Below are positions 1-9,883 of a DNA stretch of 64,000 nucleotides, one piece after another. Origin of the DNA: Gemmatimonas sp. (GTDB lineage Bacteria; Gemmatimonadota; Gemmatimonadetes; Gemmatimonadales; Gemmatimonadaceae); assembly GCA_031414535.1 (NCBI GenBank), contig JANNVQ010000029.1, forward strand, positions 1 to 64,000. The letters are read 5' to 3'. A model generated the notes under the pieces. It made no database searches. It saw nothing but the letters and a program-made list of their open reading frames with translations, and was not told the origin of the DNA. The position numbers and the translations under genes were made by a program. The first letter of the stretch is position 1, and each line of letters begins with the position of its first letter.

Positions 1-1
1 C

Positions 2-1666
2 GCCAGCGGCACACGGTACGTGCGTCGGGTGGACCTTAGGCGAATGCACTTCGGGGAGTGGTCGTTTATGAACAACTACGCGACAAGTTCCTCGTCGTTG
101 CCGTTCTTCAATTCGGCATTTGTGCCCGGTCGCGTGCACAACAACCAAGGCTGGGTGACCATCACTCAAGCCAGCTACCGTGACTCCATCACCAGTGCCG
201 GAACGATTGGAGTCACCAACGCGTCGAACTTGCGCACCGGTGCTGGCCCTAATCAGCGGCGGATTCCTTGGCCGAACCCCGACACCCTGCTTACGACGTA
301 TCGGCTCGCGGCAGACACGTTTGACATCAGCTCGTCCCGCCCCGCACGCGTGGAATTTGTGTGGCTCGATCTAGACGCGGATACCGTAGCGGACCGTGAT
401 GAGGGGTTCATGCGCATCTTTGAGGCTGCTGGGAACGGCGATGATTCTTTCATCGACAGGATTGAAGCGCGCCCTCAGACGTTTTCCAGCGGGTCCAACG
501 ACTACGTCGATTGGGACGACCGAATCATTCAGAATCAGTGCGGGGCCTTCTACCGTCGAAACAGCGTCTGGCAGTTTATTCCCGTTGCGACGCACCGGAC
601 CACGTGGGCAGACTCGCTCATACGGTTCGGTGCCGGCGTCCCGGCCGCCCCGATACCGACGTCTGGCAACCTTCGCGATAACTCGTCTGCCGCAGTGCGC
701 GCCATCCTCTCGGCCCCAACCGCCCGATGCTTCCCGAGCGGGAGCCCGTACCTTGTGAACACCGAACGCTTCACGGACAACGGTGGGACCGTGGGAATTG
801 GCAGCTCCTTCACTCGTCCATTTGGCGTGCGAAACGTGGCCCATAGGTATGGAGGCCAGGACACGACGTTCTCAACCACTGCCCGGCAGTGTAATCTCGA
901 CAATAGCTATACGAATCAGTCTTGTAGCGGCGGCTCGATTTATACCGTTGGCAGTTGGCGTACCTTGTCGGCGGTGAGCGGGCGAGAGGCCCTGCGCCCG
1001 CTCGATCGGAACGGCCGCGGGGCCGTAGTGCACTTTGACAGCGACATCCGATTGGGTGGCGTCGTTGCTGGGCGGGTCAGCATTGCCGTGGACGGTGCGG
1101 TGAGCATCGTGGACCATCTCACATACGCTGGCGGTCCCAATACCCAGAGATCGGACTGCTCGCATCTTCTTGGGGTGATTGCGAGAAGCTTCATCCGTGT
1201 AGAGGAGAACTTGATTGCGCATCGCGCGCGCGTGGGAAGTGGAAGCGGCGCTTCTTCTAACTCCGTCGTCATGCTCGGGGGCGCCGACCACTTCCCACTG
1301 CACGGGGCCTTCCTCAGCATCTCCTACTACTTTGGAGTCGAGGGCAACGACTTTCGCCAGAGCAATTCGAACACGTCCAACTGCGAAGCGTCCAGCGTTT
1401 CTATGGGATGCATCAGGCACCTCGGATCTACAGCGTCATCTGAGACACGAACGTTCAGCACCAACGACGCCCAAGGCCGTGGCGGTCGCTACGTGCTCAC
1501 CCCAGATGCCTGCATGGAAACCTCCGGCTACCGCCCGCCGCTGTACCCGGGGTCGAACCGCTACAAAATCCTCCGCTCTGTTGACGTCCGCGCCACCCAC
1601 GCGATCAGCGATGCCGCCCGCACCGCATACTTCGCCTCCCTCCAGGGCACCAGCGACATCCCCTGA
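2..1666 (+). CDS. Large Cys-containing secreted protein, 5'-truncated; PilX/DUF4900-like pilus-associated protein (tentative)
   Basis: Frame is open from position 2 with no upstream stop. Ser/Gly/Asn-rich with several Cys; 'YVRRVDLRR..F' and 'GRVHNN' segments resemble PilX-like proteins. Confidence 0.5.
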   Translation, partial: ASGTRYVRRVDLRRMHFGEWSFMNNYATSSSSLPFFNSAFVPGRVHNNQGWVTITQASYRDSITSAGTIGVTNASNLRTGAGPNQRRIPWPNPDTLLTTYRLAADTFDISSSRPARVEFVWLDLDADTVADRDEGFMRIFEAAGNGDDSFIDRIEARPQTFSSGSNDYVDWDDRIIQNQCGAFYRRNSVWQFIPVATHRTTWADSLIRFGAGVPAAPIPTSGNLRDNSSAAVRAILSAPTARCFPSGSPYLVNTERFTDNGGTVGIGSSFTRPFGVRNVAHRYGGQDTTFSTTARQCNLDNSYTNQSCSGGSIYTVGSWRTLSAVSGREALRPLDRNGRGAVVHFDSDIRLGGVVAGRVSIAVDGAVSIVDHLTYAGGPNTQRSDCSHLLGVIARSFIRVEENLIAHRARVGSGSGASSNSVVMLGGADHFPLHGAFLSISYYFGVEGNDFRQSNSNTSNCEASSVSMGCIRHLGSTASSETRTFSTNDAQGRGGRYVLTPDACMETSGYRPPLYPGSNRYKILRSVDVRATHAISDAARTAYFASLQGTSDIP

Positions 1667-1699
1667 GGGGCGCAGCAGTCCGGTCATCCCCGCACCCAC

Positions 1700-1726
1700 G
1701 CAACCCTTTCCGGCCCCGCGTTGTCT
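1700..1726 (+). promoter_or_regulatory. Putative autoregulatory ECF promoter GCAACC-N17-GTCT
   Basis: AAC-containing -35 at 1700-1705 and GTCT at 1723-1726, 40 nt upstream of the likely GTG start of the ECF sigma. Confidence 0.45.
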
Positions 1727-1765
1727 CTGGTGCGTAACCGAAGTCCGGCTCGCGATTCCCACCTC

Positions 1766-2308
1766 GTGACAGACGCTCAACTCATTGCCGACATCCTTCG
1801 TGGCGACGCCATCGCAGAGCGCAAGCTCTACGACGCGCACGTGGACCGCATCTATCGGCTGGCGTGGCGCATGTCCGGGGACGAGACCCTGGCCCGCGAC
1901 TTCACGCAGGACACGTTCATCCGAGCCTTTGACCGGCTCGCCGACTTCCGCGGCGATTCCTCACTCGCCACCTGGCTGCACAGCATCGGGACGTCGGTGA
2001 TCCTGAATGGCCTGAAGAAAGTCAAACGCATCCACGGCCGCGAAATCGGTGGGGATGAACTGCCAGAAGTCACAATCACTAAGCGGGAAGCAGAGCCGGA
2101 TCTGAAGCTGCGGTTGCAGCGCGCAATTGACGGCCTGCCCGATGGATACCGCACGGTGTTCGTGATGCACGACGTGGAGGGCTACACGCACGAGGAGATC
2201 GCTAACGCGCTGGGTATCCAGCCAGGGACCTCCAAGGCACAGTTGCACCGGGCGCGAGCCCGTTTACGTGATGAACTGGCGGACTTCGCCGGGGAGTGGG
2301 CCGTATGA
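1766..2308 (+). CDS. ECF RNA polymerase sigma-70 factor
   Basis: Region 2 'ARDFTQDTFIRAF...FRGDSSLATWL' and region 4 'VFVMHDVEGYTHEEIA...GTSKAQLHRARARLR'. Likely start GTG 1766 (ORF track gives 1721). Confidence 0.93.
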   Translation: MTDAQLIADILRGDAIAERKLYDAHVDRIYRLAWRMSGDETLARDFTQDTFIRAFDRLADFRGDSSLATWLHSIGTSVILNGLKKVKRIHGREIGGDELPEVTITKREAEPDLKLRLQRAIDGLPDGYRTVFVMHDVEGYTHEEIANALGIQPGTSKAQLHRARARLRDELADFAGEWAV

Positions 2309-3096
2309 GTGACGAACAGTTCGAAGACTTCCTGACGCGCAATGTGCGCGACTACAACGCAGCGCCGGCCGAAACGCCGCGCGATGCGATGTGGGAGAAC
2401 ATTGCCGCCGCTCGTACGGCGCGGCGCATTGTGTCGCCGGTTGCGCCGGACATCCAACCAATCGGCCCGCAGCGGCCCACGCGGCGCCTGGCGCCCTGGA
2501 TTGGGATGGCCGCGACGCTGCTCCTCGGCGTCGGTATCGGTCGCGTGGCGTTCAATGGATCGTCCGACGTCCCGCAGATCGCGTCCGCTCCGAGCGTCCC
2601 CACTTCGAACACCCCCACTCCGAACACCCCCACTCCTGAGAATGCTGCGCCCCTGACCACGAGCGACGGGCCCGTCGCGACGGATGAGTTGCCGGCTGCC
2701 TCAACATCCTCACCCGCCGCGACGCGTGTTCGCTCGCGTTTGCCGGCGGCCACGCGCGCCGAGCCGAACTCTACGCCGATGTCGATTGCGTCGCGCGACC
2801 ACCTGCAGCGCGCAGAGGCGCTGGTCAGCGTCGTCGCCGCCACCCCTGCCGATGCCGTGATGGACTCCCTCACTGGAAAATGGGCGCGCGAGATGTTGAC
2901 CAACACGCGCCTGCTCCTTGATTCACCCGCCGGAGATGATCCCGTGCGGCGCCGCCTGCTCGAAGACCTAGAAACCGTCCTCGTTCAACTCGTCCAGCGC
3001 TCCGGCGCGGTCACGGAAGAGCGCGAAATCCTCGACCGCACCCTCAAACGCACGCAACTCCTGACTCGGCTGCGCACTGGCGCAGCTGGCATCTAA
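2305..3096 (+). CDS. Putative membrane anti-sigma factor
   Basis: ATGA overlap with the sigma gene; single TM 'WIGMAATLLLGVGIG'; Pro/Thr linker; helical C-terminal domain. Confidence 0.7.
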   Translation: MSDEQFEDFLTRNVRDYNAAPAETPRDAMWENIAAARTARRIVSPVAPDIQPIGPQRPTRRLAPWIGMAATLLLGVGIGRVAFNGSSDVPQIASAPSVPTSNTPTPNTPTPENAAPLTTSDGPVATDELPAASTSSPAATRVRSRLPAATRAEPNSTPMSIASRDHLQRAEALVSVVAATPADAVMDSLTGKWAREMLTNTRLLLDSPAGDDPVRRRLLEDLETVLVQLVQRSGAVTEEREILDRTLKRTQLLTRLRTGAAGI

Positions 3097-3108
3097 AGGC
3101 CAATCACT

Positions 3109-4692
3109 ATGAAGCTCCTGACTCTCTCTCTTCTTGCCGCCGTGAGCCTTGGTTCAGTGGCCGACGTCGCGGCCAGTCCTGATCCACGCTCGCCGATTCC
3201 CGCTGCGAGTTGGGCACCGGCCGATACCGCGGATTCGCTCTGGCGCGCAGGCCGCATTGCTGTGGCCGATGAAAACTGGCGCGAGGCCGCTCGGAACTTC
3301 GAACGCCTGACATCGCGCTATCCAGCCTCAGCGTACGCCGGTGATGCGATGTACTGGCAGGCATTTTCGCTACAGCGTGCCGGTGGCACGAGCGATGTGC
3401 GCCGTGCGGTGCGCGTACTCGAGGAACAGCGCAGCAAGTATCCACAGAGCGCGACGTTTACGTCGGGCGAAGCCAGTGCCTTGATGGCGCGGCTGAATGG
3501 ACGCTTGGCGCGTAGCGGAGACGCGGAAGCGGCGGCGAGCATTGCCGAGGTGGCGTCGGAAGCGGCGGAGGCGGCGGCTGAGGCGATGGCGGAGGCGATG
3601 CCTCAGGTGGCGGCGGAGCTGGAACGGATGGCGCCAGAAATTCGTGCCGAAATTGCGCGTGAGCTAGCTGCGGCGCGAGCGGAGATGGGCACCACGGAGC
3701 GCGGCCGCGCGCAGATGACGAGTGACGCAGCACGCATTCGCGCCGAGAGCGGGCGTGCGCGTGCTGGACGCGGCGGAGACGAAATTCCTGCCGGCTGCGA
3801 AGCTGTGGTAGATGATGAACGCATTGAAGCACTCAACGCGCTCATGCAGATGAACTCCGAGCAGGCGCTCCCAGTATTGCGCCGCGTCTTGGAGCGCCGA
3901 GACCGGTGCTCAGAGATTCTGCGTCGCAAGGCCGTGTTCATCGTCTCGCAGCGCCGTAGTGACGGCGCCGCCGAGTTGTTGCTCTGGGTGGTGCGCAATG
4001 ATCCTGACCACGCCACACGCAGTGAGGCGGTGTTCTGGCTCTCGCAGACGGACTCCGAGCGCGCCGTCGAAGTACTCGAGGAGATTCTTCTGAAGGATGC
4101 CCCAGACGAGGAACTGCAGAAGCGCGCCATCTTTGCGCTCTCGCAGACGCGCTCGCCGCGGGCGGCCACAATTTTGCGCGACTTCGTTCGTCGCCGTGAT
4201 GTGGAAGTCGAGCTGCGCGGCGAGGCCATTTTCTGGCTCGGTCAGAATAGTCGCGCGGAGAACTCACAGTTCTTGCGCGAGTTGTTCCCCACACTCGACA
4301 ACGACGAGCTGCGTGAGAAGGTGCTGTTTAGTGTGGCGCAGCGTCGCAGCGATGAGAATGCGCGTTGGCTGCTCGACGTGGCCAAGGATTCACGCCATTC
4401 GCCGGATGTGCGCAAGAACGCGCTCTTCTGGGCGAGTCAGAGTGGTGGCGCCTCAGTGGCCGACCTCGGTGCCATCTTCGACTCCAGCAAAGAAGATCGT
4501 GAGTTACGCGGCCAGGTGATCTTCGCGCTCTCGCAGCGCCGCAACGACTCCGCGGCAGTTGATAAGCTCCTCACTATCGCCCGCACCGAAGAAGACCGCG
4601 AACTGCGCCGTAACGCGTTGTTCTGGCTCGGTCAGAGCCGCGATCCTCGCGCGGCGGCGGCGTTGGAAGAGATCATCAATAAGCCAAGGTGA
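3109..4692 (+). CDS. Secreted TPR + HEAT-repeat protein
   Basis: Signal peptide; BamD-like TPR 'YPASAYAGDAMYWQAF'; repeated 'R..AIF(W/A)LSQ' HEAT units. Confidence 0.85.
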   Translation: MKLLTLSLLAAVSLGSVADVAASPDPRSPIPAASWAPADTADSLWRAGRIAVADENWREAARNFERLTSRYPASAYAGDAMYWQAFSLQRAGGTSDVRRAVRVLEEQRSKYPQSATFTSGEASALMARLNGRLARSGDAEAAASIAEVASEAAEAAAEAMAEAMPQVAAELERMAPEIRAEIARELAAARAEMGTTERGRAQMTSDAARIRAESGRARAGRGGDEIPAGCEAVVDDERIEALNALMQMNSEQALPVLRRVLERRDRCSEILRRKAVFIVSQRRSDGAAELLLWVVRNDPDHATRSEAVFWLSQTDSERAVEVLEEILLKDAPDEELQKRAIFALSQTRSPRAATILRDFVRRRDVEVELRGEAIFWLGQNSRAENSQFLRELFPTLDNDELREKVLFSVAQRRSDENARWLLDVAKDSRHSPDVRKNALFWASQSGGASVADLGAIFDSSKEDRELRGQVIFALSQRRNDSAAVDKLLTIARTEEDRELRRNALFWLGQSRDPRAAAALEEIINKPR

Positions 4693-4698
4693 GGGGCC

Positions 4699-4726
4699 GA
4701 CGGATGACGGATGTCGGAAGACGGAT
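4699..4726. repeat. GACGGA(T/A) heptamer tandem, 4 units
   Basis: GACGGAT GACGGAT GTCGGAA GACGGAT. Confidence 0.8.
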
Positions 4727-4736
4727 GGAGAGTAGG

Positions 4737-5495
4737 GTGCTGCGAATTGCGCGAGCACTGGTACTTGTGGCTTTCGTCCCACTCTTGGCTTCGACGCAGC
4801 AGACGCTCGAACAGCGCGTCGCGGCGGTTGGTACGGGCACGGTGCGGCTGAGCTACCCCGCGAAGGAAGGCGTCTGCGGGAACGGGCAAAGTGGTAACAT
4901 CAGTTATCGTCGCGATAGCCAGAGAGCCTCGGAGTGGGAGAACGAATGCGAGCCTGGTCCGGTACGCTTGGCGCTCGACGTGCAGAACCGCCGCGTGACT
5001 CGCGTGCGAGCTTACGTGGGCGGACGCTGGCGTGGAGAGGCAGATCGTGACCTCGGGGATGTGCCTGCAGCGGAGGCCAGCGCCTTCCTGATGCGCATCG
5101 CTACGACGGCAGACGAGCGCGCCGCGAAGGATGCGATCTTCCCTGCGCTCATGGCCGACGGGCCATCACCAGATCGTGAGTTGTTGGCATTGGCAAAGGA
5201 TGACACTCGTCCGCGCGAAGTGCGCACCAGCGCGACGTTCTGGGTTGCGCAGTCCGCCAGCGACCGCGTGACTGAAGGATTGCAGGAACTCACGAACGAC
5301 CCCGACCGACAAGTGCGCGAGAGCGCTGTGTTCGCACTCTCGCAGCGCCCCAACGATGAATCAGTGCCCGCGCTCATTCGCTTGGCCCGCACGCACCGCG
5401 ACCCGGGCATCAGGCGGAATGCGGTGTTCTGGCTGGGGCAGAAGCGCGATTCGAGAGCGCTTGCTTACTTCGAGGAAGTGCTCGTTCCGAGATAG
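4737..5495 (+). CDS. Secreted HEAT-repeat protein
   Basis: Signal peptide; HEAT units 'VRESAVFALSQ' and 'IRRNAVFWLGQ'. GGAG lies 6 nt before GTG 4737 (alternative start 4689). Confidence 0.8.
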   Translation: MLRIARALVLVAFVPLLASTQQTLEQRVAAVGTGTVRLSYPAKEGVCGNGQSGNISYRRDSQRASEWENECEPGPVRLALDVQNRRVTRVRAYVGGRWRGEADRDLGDVPAAEASAFLMRIATTADERAAKDAIFPALMADGPSPDRELLALAKDDTRPREVRTSATFWVAQSASDRVTEGLQELTNDPDRQVRESAVFALSQRPNDESVPALIRLARTHRDPGIRRNAVFWLGQKRDSRALAYFEEVLVPR

Positions 5496-5583
5496 GACGG
5501 AAGACGGATGACGGATGCAAAAAGCGGCCCGCACCAATCCATCGGTGCGGGCCGCTCTAGCTTCCGTCATCCGTCATCCGTCC
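5495..5583. terminator. Bidirectional terminator hairpin nested in inverted GACGGAT heptamer arms
   Basis: AGCGGCCCGCACC/GGTGCGGGCCGCT stem (5523-5556) between convergent genes, flanked by 3x heptamer and 3x reverse complement. Confidence 0.8.
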
Positions 5584-6191
5584 AGTCGCAACTGCGAACT
5601 GTCAGGCCCGCCGATAGAATGACACGCTCTGCATCTCGCCTCATACGCCTCCGCCGCCCCCACCATCACCACGGGCGAGTCATACGGCGCTGGCTTCCCG
5701 CCAATGAGCCGCTGATTGCGGCTCGCAGGCGCACCACAGAGCACGCAGATCGCATGCAGCTTGTCCACCACCTCGGCCACGCACATCAAGGGCGCCATCG
5801 GGCCAAAAGGCTCGCCACGGAAATCCGTGTCCGTGCCCGCGAGGATCACCCGACGCCCGCGTAGCGCGAGATCGCAAGAGAGCTTCACGATGCCCGCGTC
5901 GAGGAACTGCACCTCGTCAATGGCAATCACCTGAGCCAATGGATCGAGGCGCAGCATAATCTGCTGCGACGAATCCACGGGAATGGCTTCGATGGTACGG
6001 CCATCGTGCGAGCCCACGGCGTGCACACCGCCAGCGTAGCGATTGTCCAAGTGCGACTTGAACACCTGGACGCGCTTCTTCGCAATCATCGACCGGCGCA
6101 CGCGGCGAATGAGCTCTTCGCTCTTGCCGCTGAACATCACGCCGGCGATGACCTCAATCCAGCCGCCAGTCAGCTGGAGTGCGCCGCTCAC
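5574..6191 (-). CDS. tdk: Thymidine kinase
   Basis: '[11 protein letters not shown]' P-loop, 'IDEVQF', 'DFRGEPF', Zn Cys pairs CVLC/CRAC. Confidence 0.97.
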   Translation of the reverse strand: MSGALQLTGGWIEVIAGVMFSGKSEELIRRVRRSMIAKKRVQVFKSHLDNRYAGGVHAVGSHDGRTIEAIPVDSSQQIMLRLDPLAQVIAIDEVQFLDAGIVKLSCDLALRGRRVILAGTDTDFRGEPFGPMAPLMCVAEVVDKLHAICVLCGAPASRNQRLIGGKPAPYDSPVVMVGAAEAYEARCRACHSIGGPDSSQLRLDG

Positions 6192-7786
6192 CGATCGCCT
6201 CGGGGCGGACGCCCGCCGCCGCTCCGCGGCTTGTCGTCACGCTTGAAGCCGCCCGTACGCGGACGATCATCGCGCTTGAATCCGCCACTGCGCGGCTTGT
6301 CGTCGCGCTTGAAGCCACCGGAGCGCGGCTTGTCGTCGCGGCTGAATCCGCCGGCACGCGGCTTGTCATCGCGTGAGAAGCCACCGCTGCGCGGCTTGTC
6401 GTCACGCTTGAAGCCGCCGCTGCGCGGACGGTCTTCCTTGCTGAACGAGCTGATGCACGGCTTGTCGTCACTGCTGGGGCGGTCTTCCTGATTGTACGTG
6501 CTACGCGGCTTGCGCTCACCGAAGCCACGCGGATTGTCGCCACCGCTGAAGCCGCGCGGTCCCTGGATCTTCTCGCCACGCGGCGGACGCGACTCACCGC
6601 GCTCGGCACGCTCGGCCATGTCCTTCTCCTTCTGTGCCTCCTTCATCTGCGCGCGTACGCGCTGTTCGGCGACAAGCACTTCCTCGGCGTGCTGCAGGCG
6701 CACGCGCTCAAGAATGCGCAGGGTGGCGGCGGCGATCTCCAAGCCATCGTACTCGCTCAGCAAGGGCTCGAGCGCGAGCACTTCACGGGCGGGGATGCCA
6801 TCGCCCAACTCGGCGCGCAACTCGGCGCGACGGCGCGATTCCACGGCCCGTGCGCGCGAGATGCTCGCGCGGTCGGCCATCGGACGCGGCGTGGCGTTGC
6901 CAGCCAAGAGGCGAAGCGCCTCGAGGTCGCGCGGGGTGCAGAGCGCGACAATTTGCGCGGGTTCGGCCTTCACGGCCGCAGCCCAAGCCGTGGCGGTGGG
7001 GACGCCGAGCGTGACGACGAGCGCGGTGCTCTGCTGCACTTCCTCAAGCGATACGGCGGCGAGACTGCCCTCTGGGTATCCGACGCCAGCTAACACGGCG
7101 CGGGCTTCTGCGGCAACGTGCTCGTTGCCGGCGAGGATGGTCGCCGAGGGCGCATCGAGTTCATCGAGCAACGCCGGCAGCGCATTCACCAGATTGCCAG
7201 ACACCGTGAGGTAGCGAACCATCGCTGCCACCGGAGTGCCATCGGCGGGCACCACGTCGTCCTGCACGCGGCGAGCCTTCGACATGTAGCGGGTAATTAG
7301 CGCATCAACGCCCTCCGTGGGCGCGAGGGCCGTGAGCAGGCGCGAGGCCTCCTTAGGCACTTCGGCGAGCACGGAGGCGAGAGAATCGGACTCGGCGTCC
7401 ATCTCATCGGCGGCCACGAGGCAGACGGTCTTCACGTCGCTGAGCTTGAGCGCAGCGGCGGAGAGCACGGCGGCAATCGTCTCGGGCGAACCGACCACGC
7501 AATCGGCCGGCGCGGCGCCTAGGAGGCGCTGCAGGCGGGCAAGCGAGGTGGCGGCGACGATACGTCGGTCCTTTGCGGCGGGCAGTGCGGCGAGAGCCCG
7601 GCTCAGCGAGACAGCAGCGCCAGCGTCGGGAACGAGAACCAGCAGACGGACCGCAGGGGACTCACCGCCGGCGCGCTCTAGCGCGGGGGCGAAATGAAGA
7701 GCAATGCGCGCCCAATCGGGCGGCATAAAATACGCCACATGGGCGGAGCGGACGGAGCCAGCCGTCTCGCGGGTTGATGCGGTCAC
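6188..7786 (-). CDS. Degenerate DEAD-box (DeaD-like) helicase-fold protein with RGG-like repeat tail
   Basis: Motif Ia/Ib/II remnants 'LLVLVPD', 'VVGSPE', 'LVAADEM'; no Walker A; C-terminal GGF(K/S)RDDKPRS repeats. Confidence 0.6.
   Translation of the reverse strand: MTASTRETAGSVRSAHVAYFMPPDWARIALHFAPALERAGGESPAVRLLVLVPDAGAAVSLSRALAALPAAKDRRIVAATSLARLQRLLGAAPADCVVGSPETIAAVLSAAALKLSDVKTVCLVAADEMDAESDSLASVLAEVPKEASRLLTALAPTEGVDALITRYMSKARRVQDDVVPADGTPVAAMVRYLTVSGNLVNALPALLDELDAPSATILAGNEHVAAEARAVLAGVGYPEGSLAAVSLEEVQQSTALVVTLGVPTATAWAAAVKAEPAQIVALCTPRDLEALRLLAGNATPRPMADRASISRARAVESRRRAELRAELGDGIPAREVLALEPLLSEYDGLEIAAATLRILERVRLQHAEEVLVAEQRVRAQMKEAQKEKDMAERAERGESRPPRGEKIQGPRGFSGGDNPRGFGERKPRSTYNQEDRPSSDDKPCISSFSKEDRPRSGGFKRDDKPRSGGFSRDDKPRAGGFSRDDKPRSGGFKRDDKPRSGGFKRDDRPRTGGFKRDDKPRSGGGRPPRGDR
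6218..6440 (-). repeat. 33-bp coding tandem repeat, about 6 copies, encoding GGF(K/S)RDDKPR(S/A/T)
   Basis: Visible in both DNA and protein. Confidence 0.85.
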
Positions 7787-7842
7787 TGCGGTCCTCGATT
7801 GTCAATGGCGCCGACTGCGGCGCTGGGGTAATGTTCGCGAGC

Positions 7843-9048
7843 ATGGAACATAACACCCTTTCCTTCCGGCCGTCAGCGAATATCGCTGAGTTGCGCGAGT
7901 CCGCTACCATAGCCGTTTCGCAGCGTGCCAAGGCCCTAAAGGCCGAGGGGCGCGAGGTCATTGACCTCGGCGCTGGAGAGCCCGATTTCGACACGCCACA
8001 GCTCATCATTGACGCGGCCAAGAAGGCGCTCGATGAAGGGGCTACACGCTACACGGCAGTAGAAGGCATCCTTCCGCTCCGGCAGGCCATCGCGGCCGAT
8101 GCCAACAGGAGCTACAAGGGCGCCGATGGTATCACGGCGGCCGACGTGGTGGTGTCTTGCGGCAGCAAGCAATCGCTCTACAACGCCTGCGTGACCCTGT
8201 TTGGCCCTGGCGACGAGGTGCTGATTCCGACGCCGAGCTGGACGAGCTATTACGAGATGGTAGGCCTCGCGCGCGCGACGGCCATCGAAGTGCACGGCGA
8301 TCCTGGACGCGGTTTTAAGGTTGATGTCGAGCGCCTCGAGCGTCACGCCACGCCGCGCACGCGCGGCTTGATGCTCAACTCGCCGAGCAACCCGACGGGC
8401 TCGGTGTATTCGCCGGACGAGCTCCGCGCGATTCTTGATCTCGCCTCGGCGCGCGGGTGGTGGGTCATTAGCGACGAGATTTACCAGCGCATCGCGTACG
8501 ATGCACCGGCGGTGGGTGCGCTCGATGTGGCGAAGCGGCGCGACAATCTCATCGTCGTGAATGGCGTGGCGAAGGCTTGGGCGATGACCGGCTGGCGTGT
8601 GGGTTGGACGGTTTCGCCGACGGCCGTTGCCAAGGCGATGGGCGCCCTGCAATCGCACACCACGTCAAACACGGCCACGGTCGCGCAGTATGGCGCGCTG
8701 GCGGCGCTCACGATGGGCGAGCCGGTGGAAGCAACGGTGCGGGCGATGGTCGCCGAGTTCAAGGCGCGGCGCGATGCGGCGCTGCCTATCCTCAAGGCCT
8801 CGCGGAACCTCACCGTCTTGCAGCCGGACGGCGCCTTCTATTTCTACGTGAAGGTGCCGGGTGCGGGAACCATCCCCAATGCTGGCGATGTGTTCTGCCG
8901 CGAGCTGCTCGAGAAGTCTGGCGTCGCCATTGTTCCAGGCTCGGCGTTCCGCACGCCAGACTGGGTGCGCATCTCCTACGCCGCCGACAAGGCACAGGTG
9001 ATGGAAGCCTGTCGCCGCATCGCCGCGACCGCGGACGCGATGTCGTGA
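7843..9048 (+). CDS. PLP-dependent class I/II (aspartate-type) aminotransferase
   Basis: 'LGAGEPDF', 'NSPSNPTG', 'ISDEIY', 'GVAKAWAMTGWRVG'. Confidence 0.95.
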   Translation: MEHNTLSFRPSANIAELRESATIAVSQRAKALKAEGREVIDLGAGEPDFDTPQLIIDAAKKALDEGATRYTAVEGILPLRQAIAADANRSYKGADGITAADVVVSCGSKQSLYNACVTLFGPGDEVLIPTPSWTSYYEMVGLARATAIEVHGDPGRGFKVDVERLERHATPRTRGLMLNSPSNPTGSVYSPDELRAILDLASARGWWVISDEIYQRIAYDAPAVGALDVAKRRDNLIVVNGVAKAWAMTGWRVGWTVSPTAVAKAMGALQSHTTSNTATVAQYGALAALTMGEPVEATVRAMVAEFKARRDAALPILKASRNLTVLQPDGAFYFYVKVPGAGTIPNAGDVFCRELLEKSGVAIVPGSAFRTPDWVRISYAADKAQVMEACRRIAATADAMS

Positions 9049-9106
9049 TGCTGACGCGCACTCGAGTGCCCGCTACGCTCTCCCCAACCTGAACCGGGGA
9101 CAAGCA

Positions 9107-9607
9107 ATGGCACTCGAAGTGCGGCTGGAACAGCTGACGGAGTCGGAATTGCCATCGGTGGAGTACCGCTGGGACGCCGACACCGATATTCTCTGCGCAA
9201 TGCTCCGCCCTCAGGGCGTGAGCGAGGGCGTGAGTGGATCCATGGATATCGAAGGCGCCGACGGTGCTTGGCTCACGCTTGAGCTCACGGATGGACGCCT
9301 TGCGGCAATCGAAGTCGCCGTCTGGCCCGATGTGAAAAGTGTGGAAGCGCTCACTTTGCCGGACATTGCCGGCTTTGCCCGAGTGAAGGTGCCGTCGGAA
9401 GGAGGGGACCTTCTTGCCGCGATGGAAGTGGACACCCCGATTCGCGCCGTAGCCGACGCCCCCGAACGCACGATACACTTCCGTATCGGTCCCACGCGCG
9501 CTGTCCGCGCCGTGCGCGTGGCCCGCGACCTGCTCCTCGAGGTAGATGCAAAGCATCGCATCGCTGGCCTCTGGTTTCTCAACGTCCCGCCCTTTCCCGC
9601 CTCGTGA
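9107..9607 (+). CDS. Hypothetical protein
   Basis: Plausible acidic beta-rich ORF coupled (GTGA) to the next gene. Confidence 0.7.
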   Translation: MALEVRLEQLTESELPSVEYRWDADTDILCAMLRPQGVSEGVSGSMDIEGADGAWLTLELTDGRLAAIEVAVWPDVKSVEALTLPDIAGFARVKVPSEGGDLLAAMEVDTPIRAVADAPERTIHFRIGPTRAVRAVRVARDLLLEVDAKHRIAGLWFLNVPPFPAS

Positions 9608-9882
9608 TTACAACTATCGTCCTCATCCAAGCCGAGCCGAAGAGCATCCCGAAGACGGCCGCCGCCCTCGCTGGCATCGAGGGAGTTACCGACGTGTATT
9701 CGGTGTCAGGCGAGTGGGATTTGATCGCAATCGTGAAGGTCGCGGAGTACGCGCAGATCGCGGAGATTGTGACGGAGCGTTTCCCCGCGGTGCCAGGCTT
9801 GGTGAAGACCACCACGCTCACGGCGTTCCGGGCCTACTCCAAAGCCGATCTCGAACAGGCGTGGGACCTCGGCGTCGACTGA
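9604..9882 (+). CDS. Stand-alone Lrp/AsnC ligand-binding domain protein
   Basis: 'EGVTDVYSVSGEWDLIAIV...GLVKTTT'; no HTH. Confidence 0.9.
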   Translation: MITTIVLIQAEPKSIPKTAAALAGIEGVTDVYSVSGEWDLIAIVKVAEYAQIAEIVTERFPAVPGLVKTTTLTAFRAYSKADLEQAWDLGVD

Positions 9883-9883
9883 A

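Noticed and set aside
6218..6440. CRISPR array
   Set aside because: 33-bp tandem coding repeats with synonymous variation, no spacers and no cas genes.
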